Origin: a virus
Lineage: Duplodnaviria > Caudoviricetes
IMG/VR virus record: IMGVR_UViG_3300022660_000043
Length of the DNA: 64,000 bases
Strand: one strand, 5' to 3'
This document shows, in pieces, positions 50,847 through 60,188 of this stretch. Each line of letters opens with the position of its first letter. The stretch's first letter is position 1. The notes under the pieces were generated by a model. That model saw nothing but the letters and a program-made list of their open reading frames with translations. It did not search any database and was not told the DNA's origin. The position numbers and the translations under genes were made by a program.

Positions 50847-51614
50847 ATGGCAGAAAGACAGACTAATTACACAATTGGCGAGTGTGCAGAGCTTCCGTCT
50901 AAAGGGCTTATTTATGGAGCAGGAATGCCTTCTCAGGTAGAGCTTCGTTCTATGACCGCAAGAGATGAGATGAAGAGACTTGCTCCTAGTAAGTCTCAGT
51001 TTAAAACTCTTGCTGATATTATTGAGGGCTGTATGATTGAGAAGTATCCAGTGAAAGTGTATGATATGGCATTAGGCGATTATGAGTATCTTTTGCACAG
51101 ACTTCGTATTGTAACTTATGGTGATGAGTATAAGATGACTTTACGTTGCCCCTACTGTGGAGAATATATTGATGCTGTTGCACATCTTGAACAACTGAAT
51201 ATTAAGGAATTTGATATGCAAGAATTTGAAGCTGCAAGATCTTTAATTCTTCCAAGAGGTGGTCAGACGGTGACGATTAACTATCAGACACCTAGAATGC
51301 TAGATGAGAATGATATTAAAGTAAAAGATATGAAACGTAGGTTTAAAGATGCAGATGTAGACTTTAATACTCTTACTACACTAACTAGTGCTATTGACAC
51401 TGTAGATGGAATGCACTTAGATTCTGTACAGCTAGAGAACTTTGTTAATCGTCTATCTGCACTTGATATGGCTAAGATTCTAAATGCTATTGAAACTCTC
51501 AACGCTGGAATTGGCATAGATAACTCTCTGGTTGTCGATTGCGAGAAATGCGGAGGAGAGGTACCCACCTCCTTTCGCTTTGGACCAGAGTTTTTTAGAC
51601 CCACGACTATCTGA
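50847..51614 (+). CDS. T4 gp26-like baseplate hub/tail assembly chaperone
   Basis: LPSKG..Y, RSMTARDE, GD..YLL..LR..TYG, CPYCG, CEKCG, EFFRP; precedes tape measure. Confidence 0.8.
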   Translation: MAERQTNYTIGECAELPSKGLIYGAGMPSQVELRSMTARDEMKRLAPSKSQFKTLADIIEGCMIEKYPVKVYDMALGDYEYLLHRLRIVTYGDEYKMTLRCPYCGEYIDAVAHLEQLNIKEFDMQEFEAARSLILPRGGQTVTINYQTPRMLDENDIKVKDMKRRFKDADVDFNTLTTLTSAIDTVDGMHLDSVQLENFVNRLSALDMAKILNAIETLNAGIGIDNSLVVDCEKCGGEVPTSFRFGPEFFRPTTI

Positions 51615-51816
51615 GGACGGAACTCCTTACGGACCGAAGAGATATAAAGATATTGTAAAGGAGTGCTGGTATGTTAGTGATAACACTAATACCAGCTATA
51701 CTGATGTTTTAGATATTAGTTATCTAGAACGAATGTACTTAATAAGATTAATTGGTGAAAAACGAGAAGCCACTCAAAATGCAATTAATGATCTAAAGTC
51801 TAAGAGTGGTAAATAA
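51592..51816 (+). CDS. gp51/gpT-like chaperone extension, probably made by frameshifting
   Basis: Overlaps the previous gene in the +1 frame at GAGTTTTTTAG; SYTDVLDISYLERMYL motif; no RBS-led start. Confidence 0.6.
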   Translation, partial: FLDPRLSEDGTPYGPKRYKDIVKECWYVSDNTNTSYTDVLDISYLERMYLIRLIGEKREATQNAINDLKSKSGK

Positions 51817-51848
51817 ACTCAAATAAATTTTTGGGGAGGAGTGTTCTA

Positions 51849-54800
51849 ATGGCAGAACAAAATCCAGGCTCTGGAAGAGGAAATAAAGGAGTCTCTACTT
51901 TAAATTTAAATGCCCTCACTGCAGATTCAGTACAGCTAGACTATCTTGCTAAAGAGCAGCAAGCAGCGGGGGAACTGCTTGCTATTCAAACAAAGAATGC
52001 ACAGCAGCTCTCAAAGATCAGATTAGACTTGCTTAATAAGCTAATGCAAGAAACCCAAGATCGTGGTAGAGAAGTAGAAAGTGATCTTGCAGACTTTAAG
52101 CATAATAAGGCACTCGAGAATCTAGCTGCAGAAATTAAAGAAGTTAGGCAGAATTATCAAAAGTTATATACTGAACAACTAAAAATACAGCAGCAGAATT
52201 TAACAGCTATTAGGCAAGCAGAAACTCAGCTGGCAAACTTTAGACTCGAGTCTCTTAAAATAGAGGGAGCTCAAAGACTTCGAGACATAGCCGCTGCGGA
52301 AAAAGCTACAATTGACGCTTTAAAGCGTAGAGGTGAGCTAGATCCTGCCATTCAACTGGACATGTCCGCTTTAGAGCAGGCGGATGCTGAGATATCCGAA
52401 ACACTTGTTCAAATGGATAAGTCTTTGCAAGAAATGCAGACGGCTAGATCTGAAGAGCTAGCCGCAGCAGCGAGTCGGTTTGAGGAGATAGTAGGCTTAG
52501 CTGAGGATACTGCAGAAACAATAAGTACTGGGCTTGCTCGTAGTGCTGCCGATTTCACAGCAGAAATGTCTGCTCCTCCACCAGCTAAGCCAGGTACATC
52601 ACCCGTCGTAGATGAACCAGGCGATTTATCACCGGAAGATCTATCAGCTGAAGCTTCTGAGACGCCGACTACTCCAGTAGTTCCAGATACTCCTTCTACT
52701 ACACTTACTGAGGCAGAAGAAGCGCGTAAAGTTATCTTAGATAGTCTTAATGAGGAACAACTTCAGAGACTTGAGGCTCACAAACTTCGTATGAAACACC
52801 TTTCTGATGAGCATTTACAAAGAATGCTTTATGAGAAGGATGCTAGAGGCAAGTATGCTATAGGTGCAGAAGAACGAATAGCAATGGAAGAAGAGCTTAC
52901 TGAGCGTAAGAAAACGTTAGAAGCTCAAGCTTTATTAGAAGTTTTTGCAGAGCAAGAAGAACAGCAAGAAGCTGCATCCAAGCGTTTACAAAAGCAGCTT
53001 CTAGAAGAGAAAAAGCTTAAGATAAAGAATGAAATGGATTACCTATCTAAGGTACGGACTAAACGTGGTAAGGATGGGGAGCAAAAGTATTCTGATAGCT
53101 TAGTTAAGCAAATGTACTCTACTCAGGCTACAGTTAAAACTGTAGATACAATGGGTAATGAAGTTGAGGTAACCAAGTCTAAGGCAGATTTAACTCAGCA
53201 AGAATTAAGCGAAGTTCAGAAGCAGGAAATAGAAGCTTTTGATGCAACAAACTCTGATGAGAATCTCCAAGCACAAGCAGAGGCTCAGGCAAGAGAGCAA
53301 GCAGCTGCTAGCGGAGACCTAATGTCAGAGGATGAGATGGCAGCCATTACTGCCGACTTCTTTAAACAGCTACAAGAAAACCGTGACCAAGAGCGTGACG
53401 GTATGCTTGAACGTCAAGGTCTTGAGCAAAGTCTTCTAACAGATAAAGAAAAAGCTGAGAAGAAGATGGCAAAAGAGAATAGTAAGTTCTCTAAGAGTAA
53501 ACTCGGTCAAGCACTTGAGAATACTAAAAAACAAGCTCAAATATTTACAGATCCAAAAGCAATAGCTGATGGGCTTGCTGCTGAGGGTAAGACTTCAAAA
53601 GAAATACAAGCAGAAATGCAGGCACAACTTGACGCTACTATGGGTGCTCTGGGGGATTTCATCTCCAACCTTAACGCAGCAGGTCAGAAGTCTGCCACAA
53701 AGAAAGCAGCAGTTGATACTGCAATGCAGGGTGCAGGAGCAGATAAGACTGCCCTAGGTTCTTATTGGGACAAAATCAGTGATAAGATTGCCCTAGGTAT
53801 TGGAATGTCTCCATTAGTTCGTCAAGATGCTATGGAAGATAATGTGGAAGCACTTGCTAAACAAGGTGTTGTATATAACTTAGAGCAACGTGCTTTCTTA
53901 ATGACTATTAAGGATAAGATTGCTGCTACCTTTGATGTTGCTGATGGTACAATGCGCAAACTTATTCGTATCCAGCAGGCCGATACTACTGCAGCCCGCT
54001 TAGGCATGGAGTCAGCCTTAACAGCTTTCTTAAATAGTATGTATGATACCTCAGAATTCATGAAAGAGGTAGCTATTAACATAAGAGAAAGCTTGTATGA
54101 AGCAACTGCATTAATGGAAGCAGAACAAGCTGCTGAGTATGAATTCCAAGTTCAAAAGTGGACTGGTGCTTTATATTCTATGGGCTTTAGTAGTAGTGCA
54201 AAAGTAGCAGAAACTTTAGGTAAGATCACAGCTGGTGATATTAGCGGAGTTACTGAAGGTGGCATGGGCAACCTTCTTATCATGGCTGCTAATGAAGCTA
54301 GCTTGCCGATTGCAGAGATTCTTGCCGAGGGATTAACTCCAGATGAGACTAATAAATTAATGAAGTCTATGGTGGAGTATTTAGGTAGAATTTATGACGA
54401 AACAAAAGGTAGTAATGTTCTAGCTCAGCAATATGCTAATGTATTCGGTGTAACTGCATCAGACCTTAGGGCAGCAGCTAATCTTTTAAATACAGGCTTT
54501 GATAAGTTGTCTGGTGAGCTAGTAACTTATTCAGATATGGAAGCTCGACTTAAAAGCATGTCTAATAGCATGTGGCTAAGATCTAGTCAGTCTGAGCTAA
54601 TGACCAACCTGAAGGATAACTTAAATTATACTTTCGCTACCACAATTGCAAATAACCCGGTTCTTTCTGGCTTAAATAACATGGCTAACATGCTTAATGA
54701 CCTTGTAGGTGGTATTGAGATCCCGTTTATTAACGTTTATGGCTTTGGTTTTGATCTTAATGCTACTATTGCGGACTTAATGAATGTTGCTGCACTATCC

Positions 54801-55238
54801 GGTACTGTTCTTGGTGGTATGGGCAAACTTATCGGAAGTTTAGCAAACGGAGGCGGTTTCTCAGGTTCTGGAATGTTGAATGCCTTTGGCATAGATCTTA
54901 ATGGCAGTGCTGCTGCTATAGAGCACAGAGGTCAGGGTCTATCTTTGACTAGTATTGGCGGTGCTACTACTTCTGCTTCCGGTATGGTTGGTAACGAGAG
55001 CGGCGACGATATTAAGAATAAGACAATTCAAGACAACTCTGAAGAACCAGAAAAGCAAATTGCAGAAGCAAAAGAAGAACAGGAAGATAAAGAAAATGCC
55101 CGCACTATGTTAATTGATGGGCATATTGTAGATATTTATAATCTATTAAATGAAGTTACTCTTGGCTCCAAGAAATGGCATGTACAACTTGAGGTTGGTA
55201 ATGCTCCTAGCACTTGGGCATCTGGTACTTGGACGTAA
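51849..55238 (+). CDS. tail tape measure protein
   Basis: ~1130 aa, helical A/E/Q/L-rich with Gly-rich C-terminus; follows chaperones; GGAGGAG RBS. Confidence 0.8.
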   Translation: MAEQNPGSGRGNKGVSTLNLNALTADSVQLDYLAKEQQAAGELLAIQTKNAQQLSKIRLDLLNKLMQETQDRGREVESDLADFKHNKALENLAAEIKEVRQNYQKLYTEQLKIQQQNLTAIRQAETQLANFRLESLKIEGAQRLRDIAAAEKATIDALKRRGELDPAIQLDMSALEQADAEISETLVQMDKSLQEMQTARSEELAAAASRFEEIVGLAEDTAETISTGLARSAADFTAEMSAPPPAKPGTSPVVDEPGDLSPEDLSAEASETPTTPVVPDTPSTTLTEAEEARKVILDSLNEEQLQRLEAHKLRMKHLSDEHLQRMLYEKDARGKYAIGAEERIAMEEELTERKKTLEAQALLEVFAEQEEQQEAASKRLQKQLLEEKKLKIKNEMDYLSKVRTKRGKDGEQKYSDSLVKQMYSTQATVKTVDTMGNEVEVTKSKADLTQQELSEVQKQEIEAFDATNSDENLQAQAEAQAREQAAASGDLMSEDEMAAITADFFKQLQENRDQERDGMLERQGLEQSLLTDKEKAEKKMAKENSKFSKSKLGQALENTKKQAQIFTDPKAIADGLAAEGKTSKEIQAEMQAQLDATMGALGDFISNLNAAGQKSATKKAAVDTAMQGAGADKTALGSYWDKISDKIALGIGMSPLVRQDAMEDNVEALAKQGVVYNLEQRAFLMTIKDKIAATFDVADGTMRKLIRIQQADTTAARLGMESALTAFLNSMYDTSEFMKEVAINIRESLYEATALMEAEQAAEYEFQVQKWTGALYSMGFSSSAKVAETLGKITAGDISGVTEGGMGNLLIMAANEASLPIAEILAEGLTPDETNKLMKSMVEYLGRIYDETKGSNVLAQQYANVFGVTASDLRAAANLLNTGFDKLSGELVTYSDMEARLKSMSNSMWLRSSQSELMTNLKDNLNYTFATTIANNPVLSGLNNMANMLNDLVGGIEIPFINVYGFGFDLNATIADLMNVAALSGTVLGGMGKLIGSLANGGGFSGSGMLNAFGIDLNGSAAAIEHRGQGLSLTSIGGATTSASGMVGNESGDDIKNKTIQDNSEEPEKQIAEAKEEQEDKENARTMLIDGHIVDIYNLLNEVTLGSKKWHVQLEVGNAPSTWASGTWT

Positions 55239-55250
55239 GGAGGAATACAG

Positions 55251-56999
55251 ATGATTCAATTTGGTTCTACTGGAATAGTTGCAGGATATATTAAACAATT
55301 ACTTGCTTCTTTTCAGCTGCCTAAAACACAAATATATACTGCTGAACACGAGCAGTATTTTGACAAGCATGGCAAGGAGTCTCCATATTTATTGGAGACT
55401 ACCTTCCCAGGGCAGACTGTTAAATCAGGTTCTGAACAGCTATTATCTAATAATGGGCATTTGCTCAATAGACACTGCTATGTGCCCTATTTAAAAGATG
55501 GTAGAGTTCAATTCTTATTGGGTGGATATTATCTAGATAATAATAAATATGTACAAGGTACTTGGCAGTCTGCACCTCTGGATATTAACAATGTCCGAGG
55601 TGGTCCTTGGCAGACTTATAGCCGAGGAGATAAGATTCCTAATTTAACGCGTACACTTGAGTTAAAGAATAATATTTATGATAGCTATACTCATGAATAT
55701 CTAGGAGATTATCTTAGATTTATAAGAGATTATGATGGCATAAATTTAATGTCCATGTATAATTGTTTCAGCAACCGTAGACCTTATAGATTAAAATATA
55801 AGGATGATTTTATTAGTCTAGATACCTCAGATTCAAATTATAAAATTTATGTATTGCCTGTTAAATTGTTTCAGGAATATACCATAGCTATTGACTCTGC
55901 TTACCCTGTAGAGCTCTGCTGTGGTATAAATACAAAACTTAATAATTTTACTGGAATAGATGCTAAAAATGATGAGTTAATAGAACAAAAGCTTTCTAAG
56001 CTTACTTACCACAAGTATGCATCTATGAGATTTAATGATCCAGTATTATATACTAAGCTAAAAGATTTAGCTGTCACTCCTATGGGTACAGTTGTAACAG
56101 CTGCTGAGCAGGAGGTGCACGAGGAGAGACGTAAGCTATTAGCTCAGCTAGGAAATCAGACTCACGAGCTAAAACTTTACATAAAGCTTCATAAGAATGC
56201 TGAGACCTCTATTGTAGTACTGGAGGGAAATTATTTAGGTTGGAATGATGCAGCTGTCATGCAAACACAGACAGGTTCTAAGACTAAGTTAGTAGTGGCA
56301 GCAAACCATACTACCTTAACTAGTTCTGCGATTTTTGCAGACTTCGAACCTACCTACATTAGCCCAGTATCATTACTTAGATTAAATACTCATTCGCATA
56401 CTCCATTTGCACCGAGACTTTTGGAATATCTTTTAGATCAGTGTGTTACTGGTGGGGCTAATGAAGTTAGAGAGAATGTACTTATGGCTCAGCATTTAGC
56501 TGGACTTAGATATACAGGTAATGTTAACTCTTATTATGCACTCTGCCCACCTAGAGTTATGAAGGGACAGAAGACACCTGCAGATCCTACTGAGTATTGG
56601 ATTTTTAACGGAAAGATGACTGATATACCTGTGGGTACAGATCGACTGCCTAAGTATAAACCTGTTAAGCTTGAAGATAATTCTATAGCTTGGAAGATAT
56701 ATAGTACAGATCCAGTTACTAAGGTAGAGATTGAGAGCGAGCCGGAGCTGCCTATAAAAGTAAAGATAACACCAGATAGCTTAAAATATGATTTATTAAA
56801 TGGTGTGTGGACACCTGCATTAAGAAAATTATTTTATGGCTATATGAGCAATCGACCAGATTTTGCGAGCTATGCAGATATTTTAGGTTACGTAGATAAG
56901 GATGTAGAAAAATCATTTGTTGCAACAACGTATAATGGTGATAAACCTATAAGTAAGTCAATGATAGATTTTAATGTGTGGGAGGATATTAAAGAATGA
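55251..56999 (+). CDS. virion structural protein of unknown function
   Basis: 582 aa; AAGGAGG RBS; inside tail operon. Confidence 0.65.
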   Translation: MIQFGSTGIVAGYIKQLLASFQLPKTQIYTAEHEQYFDKHGKESPYLLETTFPGQTVKSGSEQLLSNNGHLLNRHCYVPYLKDGRVQFLLGGYYLDNNKYVQGTWQSAPLDINNVRGGPWQTYSRGDKIPNLTRTLELKNNIYDSYTHEYLGDYLRFIRDYDGINLMSMYNCFSNRRPYRLKYKDDFISLDTSDSNYKIYVLPVKLFQEYTIAIDSAYPVELCCGINTKLNNFTGIDAKNDELIEQKLSKLTYHKYASMRFNDPVLYTKLKDLAVTPMGTVVTAAEQEVHEERRKLLAQLGNQTHELKLYIKLHKNAETSIVVLEGNYLGWNDAAVMQTQTGSKTKLVVAANHTTLTSSAIFADFEPTYISPVSLLRLNTHSHTPFAPRLLEYLLDQCVTGGANEVRENVLMAQHLAGLRYTGNVNSYYALCPPRVMKGQKTPADPTEYWIFNGKMTDIPVGTDRLPKYKPVKLEDNSIAWKIYSTDPVTKVEIESEPELPIKVKITPDSLKYDLLNGVWTPALRKLFYGYMSNRPDFASYADILGYVDKDVEKSFVATTYNGDKPISKSMIDFNVWEDIKE

Positions 57000-57610
57000 G
57001 TACAACAGCTTATTGGCCGGAAAATTATATTTATATTTCTCATTTAGGTAAAGAGGGTTATTATTGGTGGATACCATGCTGCCCAAAATCTATGACTGAC
57101 TCTATGTCGTCTGAGTTTGTGCCTACGACAGCCCTTGGGCGTACCGCACCGGTATATACATATAGTAGTTCAGGCCCGAGAACTTTGCAGCTGGACATTG
57201 AATTACACAGAGACATGATGGATTTTGCAAATGCTGGTAATACCTCAATGAAAGACTTTTTAAAAGGAGCGACAGATTATCCTGATGTTTCTACTAGTGA
57301 AGATTATGTTGACAGCTTGATTAGAGCTTTACAGGCTATATCTGTACCGAAGTACACACTTACTAATAAAGCTATTGAGCCACCACTAGTTGCAGTACGT
57401 CTTAGTAATGAGGTTTTTATCAAAGGAATTGTAACGGGTAATATAGGTATTGAGTATGAGATGCCTATTATTAAGGGAGGCAAATACGCGCAGGTTAGAC
57501 TTTCTATAACTATAACTGAGGTAGATCCTTACGATGCAGACCTAGTATTTTCTAATGGATCTTTTAGGGGCTTAGTTCAAACTTTACGTCCTAAGATGGG
57601 TTATAAATAA
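56996..57610 (+). CDS. baseplate/tail-tube initiator-like protein
   Basis: LGRTAPVYTYSSSGPRTL, PKY...EPPLV; gene order. Confidence 0.65.
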   Translation: MSTTAYWPENYIYISHLGKEGYYWWIPCCPKSMTDSMSSEFVPTTALGRTAPVYTYSSSGPRTLQLDIELHRDMMDFANAGNTSMKDFLKGATDYPDVSTSEDYVDSLIRALQAISVPKYTLTNKAIEPPLVAVRLSNEVFIKGIVTGNIGIEYEMPIIKGGKYAQVRLSITITEVDPYDADLVFSNGSFRGLVQTLRPKMGYK

Positions 57611-57622
57611 GGAGAATAGCAT

Positions 57623-57943
57623 ATGGATAAGCTAACAAATAAACAGAATTTAGTTTTTGATTATCAATCTAGATACGCTGGCGTGCCTTTTTATTATGAT
57701 ACTAAGCTTAAACGAGAGACACCAGGTTTAACAAACCAGATAAATTTTGATAACGATTACTTTATACATAAAGTAAAAGCAGAAGATACTTTAGATAGCT
57801 TAGCTTTGGACTATTATAACAATCCAACTTTCTGGTGGCTAATTGCTTATTTTAATAAGATCAATGATCCATTTATAGATCTTGTCACTAAATATCAAAC
57901 TTTAAAAATTCCAAGTATTACAGAAAACACTTTTGAGGTATAA
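57623..57943 (+). CDS. LysM-like baseplate wedge protein (T4 gp53/P2 gpX-like)
   Basis: HKVKAEDTLDSLALDYYNNPTFWWLIAYFN.I.DPF...LKIP. Confidence 0.85.
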   Translation: MDKLTNKQNLVFDYQSRYAGVPFYYDTKLKRETPGLTNQINFDNDYFIHKVKAEDTLDSLALDYYNNPTFWWLIAYFNKINDPFIDLVTKYQTLKIPSITENTFEV

Positions 57944-57945
57944 GT

Positions 57946-59241
57946 ATGGCTTTTGTACCAAAACAGCGTCGTAGCCTAATTCATGGGCAAGCGAGAATAC
58001 AGGCACCTTGGGTTAAAGTTACTATTGGTAAATATACCTTTGGCGTCTTTAATCGAAAAGACATTAAGAAAAATAGGCAGGGTAACTACGAAAGCTTTAA
58101 TGTTCAGTATCCCGACTATATACAAAGTTTAAATATCATAAAAATTAATGGTCAGGTAAATCAGTATACTCTTACATTAAGCTATCCAGTACGTTCTTGC
58201 GATGACCCCAATTTAATTGAAAAAATTTTAAGTAGTGTTACTCGTACTCGAGAAATTATTTTTAGCTATGGAGATGCTTGTAATCCAGCTTATGTTTATA
58301 AAGACGAGAAAGCTTTAATTACAAAAGTAGACCAATCTTTTCAGCTTGAATCTAGTGTTATTAATTATACTATTCATGCGGTTTCAGGTGCTGCTTTAGC
58401 TGGTGCGGGAGTATTTAACTTTATAAATAATGCTGGAGTTAAGAAGAAACCCAGCGATGAAATTAAAAGAGTATTTAACGACAGTACTTATGGATTAAAA
58501 AAAATATTTACTGGAATGACAAAAGATAAGCTGGACCAATTAATTGATAGCACCGATGCTGCAGTTGAGCTGGACAGTAAGACAAATACGTCGGCTCTTG
58601 ATTATATTGTTTATTTAGTTAGTTGCATGGTACCACAAGGTGCAACGCAATCAACGTTCAGTAAAGATATTTATATCATGACTATTCATGATGAAACAAT
58701 TTTTGATACTGCCTTTAGTAATTCTTTTAACGCAAATACCGCTTATGGTGGTCCATATTTTAAGGTTACACGAGTATCTACCAGTACTATGTTTAGGGCA
58801 GATGCTTATGAAATAGATGTTGGTATAAATACTTCTACTATTGTGCTAAGTTTTTCTCTAGAAAATAATGAAAATTATTCCATGTTATATGAGTATACCG
58901 CTGATCTTCAGACAGAGCAGTATGCAATGCGTATAGATGATCGAGGTAACTGGGAACAAAAATACACACCAATGATTGCCTCGGGCAATAACAGATACTT
59001 GTCGAGAGCAGAGGATAAAGTTTGGTTTACTAAACTTACTAAGTATCCAATTTCTGCAACAATAAAGATTCAAGGTTTATTAAGACCAGCATCTCTGCTT
59101 CAATATGTTAGACTTAATGTTATTTTCCCTGGAGGAAATAAGCATATAAGCTCAGGACTTTATATTGTGACTAAGCAAATAGACGATATATCTGGTAGTG
59201 GCTATTTTACTACATTAAATCTAACGCGTATTTCAGATTAA
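57946..59241 (+). CDS. baseplate hub protein (gp27/gpD-like)
   Basis: C-terminal ATIKIQG...SGLYIVTKQIDDI..SGYFTTLNLTR; gene order. Confidence 0.7.
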   Translation: MAFVPKQRRSLIHGQARIQAPWVKVTIGKYTFGVFNRKDIKKNRQGNYESFNVQYPDYIQSLNIIKINGQVNQYTLTLSYPVRSCDDPNLIEKILSSVTRTREIIFSYGDACNPAYVYKDEKALITKVDQSFQLESSVINYTIHAVSGAALAGAGVFNFINNAGVKKKPSDEIKRVFNDSTYGLKKIFTGMTKDKLDQLIDSTDAAVELDSKTNTSALDYIVYLVSCMVPQGATQSTFSKDIYIMTIHDETIFDTAFSNSFNANTAYGGPYFKVTRVSTSTMFRADAYEIDVGINTSTIVLSFSLENNENYSMLYEYTADLQTEQYAMRIDDRGNWEQKYTPMIASGNNRYLSRAEDKVWFTKLTKYPISATIKIQGLLRPASLLQYVRLNVIFPGGNKHISSGLYIVTKQIDDISGSGYFTTLNLTRISD

Positions 59242-59250
59242 GGAGATTTT

Positions 59251-59676
59251 ATGATTACCCTAGGTGTTATTGAAGAAATTGATATTTATAATAACATGTG
59301 CAAAGTTAAATTACCTACCTTAGAAGGAGCGGGTAATATGACTGAAGTGAGTCTACATGCAACACAGCTTCTCCCACCAGGCATAGATGCTGGCTATGAG
59401 AAAGGAGATGTTGTATTTGTAGGTTTTGTAGATAATACTCTTGGTAGGCCAGTAGTTCTAGGGCAGTTATATCGAGGACCTAATAAAGGGCATAAGGTGG
59501 ATGGCATGAATATTGACACCAGTCTAGGTAGAGCTGCAACTATGGCTTGTGCTAACTTAGATGTAAGTGAGGATGCAAAGGTTAATGGTGTATCGGTCGT
59601 AGGATTAATTAGTCAAGTTGCGGCACTAGAGGCCAGGGTAAAAGAGTTGGAGACAAAGCTAAAAGCTTTAAGATAA
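59251..59676 (+). CDS. baseplate spike OB-fold protein (gpV/gp5-N-like)
   Basis: CKVKLP...GDVVFVGF......PVVLGQL. Confidence 0.75.
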   Translation: MITLGVIEEIDIYNNMCKVKLPTLEGAGNMTEVSLHATQLLPPGIDAGYEKGDVVFVGFVDNTLGRPVVLGQLYRGPNKGHKVDGMNIDTSLGRAATMACANLDVSEDAKVNGVSVVGLISQVAALEARVKELETKLKALR

Positions 59677-59741
59677 GCAGGATTCAAGTTTACTTTCTAA
59701 GGTTTACAATTACATAAATTTATTAAAAATATCAAATAATG

Positions 59742-59752
59742 TGCTAAATTAT
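59742..59752 (+). promoter_or_regulatory. class-3 (late) promoter
   Basis: TGCTAAATTAT. Confidence 0.75.
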
Positions 59753-59773
59753 ACGATTGAGAGGTTTTTGCGT

Positions 59774-60166
59774 ATGAAGTCTATAAAATTTCCAAATATG
59801 TTTGGCACAAGTGGTACGAAGGTGTGGGAAGAAAGCGAATACCGTAAAGCTACTGCTCAAAACCTAAAGTTAAGCTTATTGTCGATGCGAGGCCATTTAC
59901 TAGGTGATCCCTATTTTGGAATCTCGTTGCAGCAATTTATGTTTGAGCCGAATAACTATATCTTAAGAGATCAATTAGTTGATACTATTTATACTCAAAT
60001 TGCAATTTTTATTCCGCAACTAAGAGTACAGAGAAAAGATATAAAGATTATTCAAGATAAACGTAAAGCTTGCTGCTATTGCCAGATTTATGGCATCAAT
60101 AACTTTGATTATACTCCAAATTCTTTTGAGCTACTATTATTTAGTAGTGATGAGAAAACTGTTTAA
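59774..60166 (+). CDS. gp25-like baseplate wedge/sheath initiator
   Basis: SIKFP...QNLKL.LL..RG....DPYFG..L....FEPN. Confidence 0.85.
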   Translation: MKSIKFPNMFGTSGTKVWEESEYRKATAQNLKLSLLSMRGHLLGDPYFGISLQQFMFEPNNYILRDQLVDTIYTQIAIFIPQLRVQRKDIKIIQDKRKACCYCQIYGINNFDYTPNSFELLLFSSDEKTV

Positions 60167-60188
60167 TTTATAATGAGGAGAATTACTA

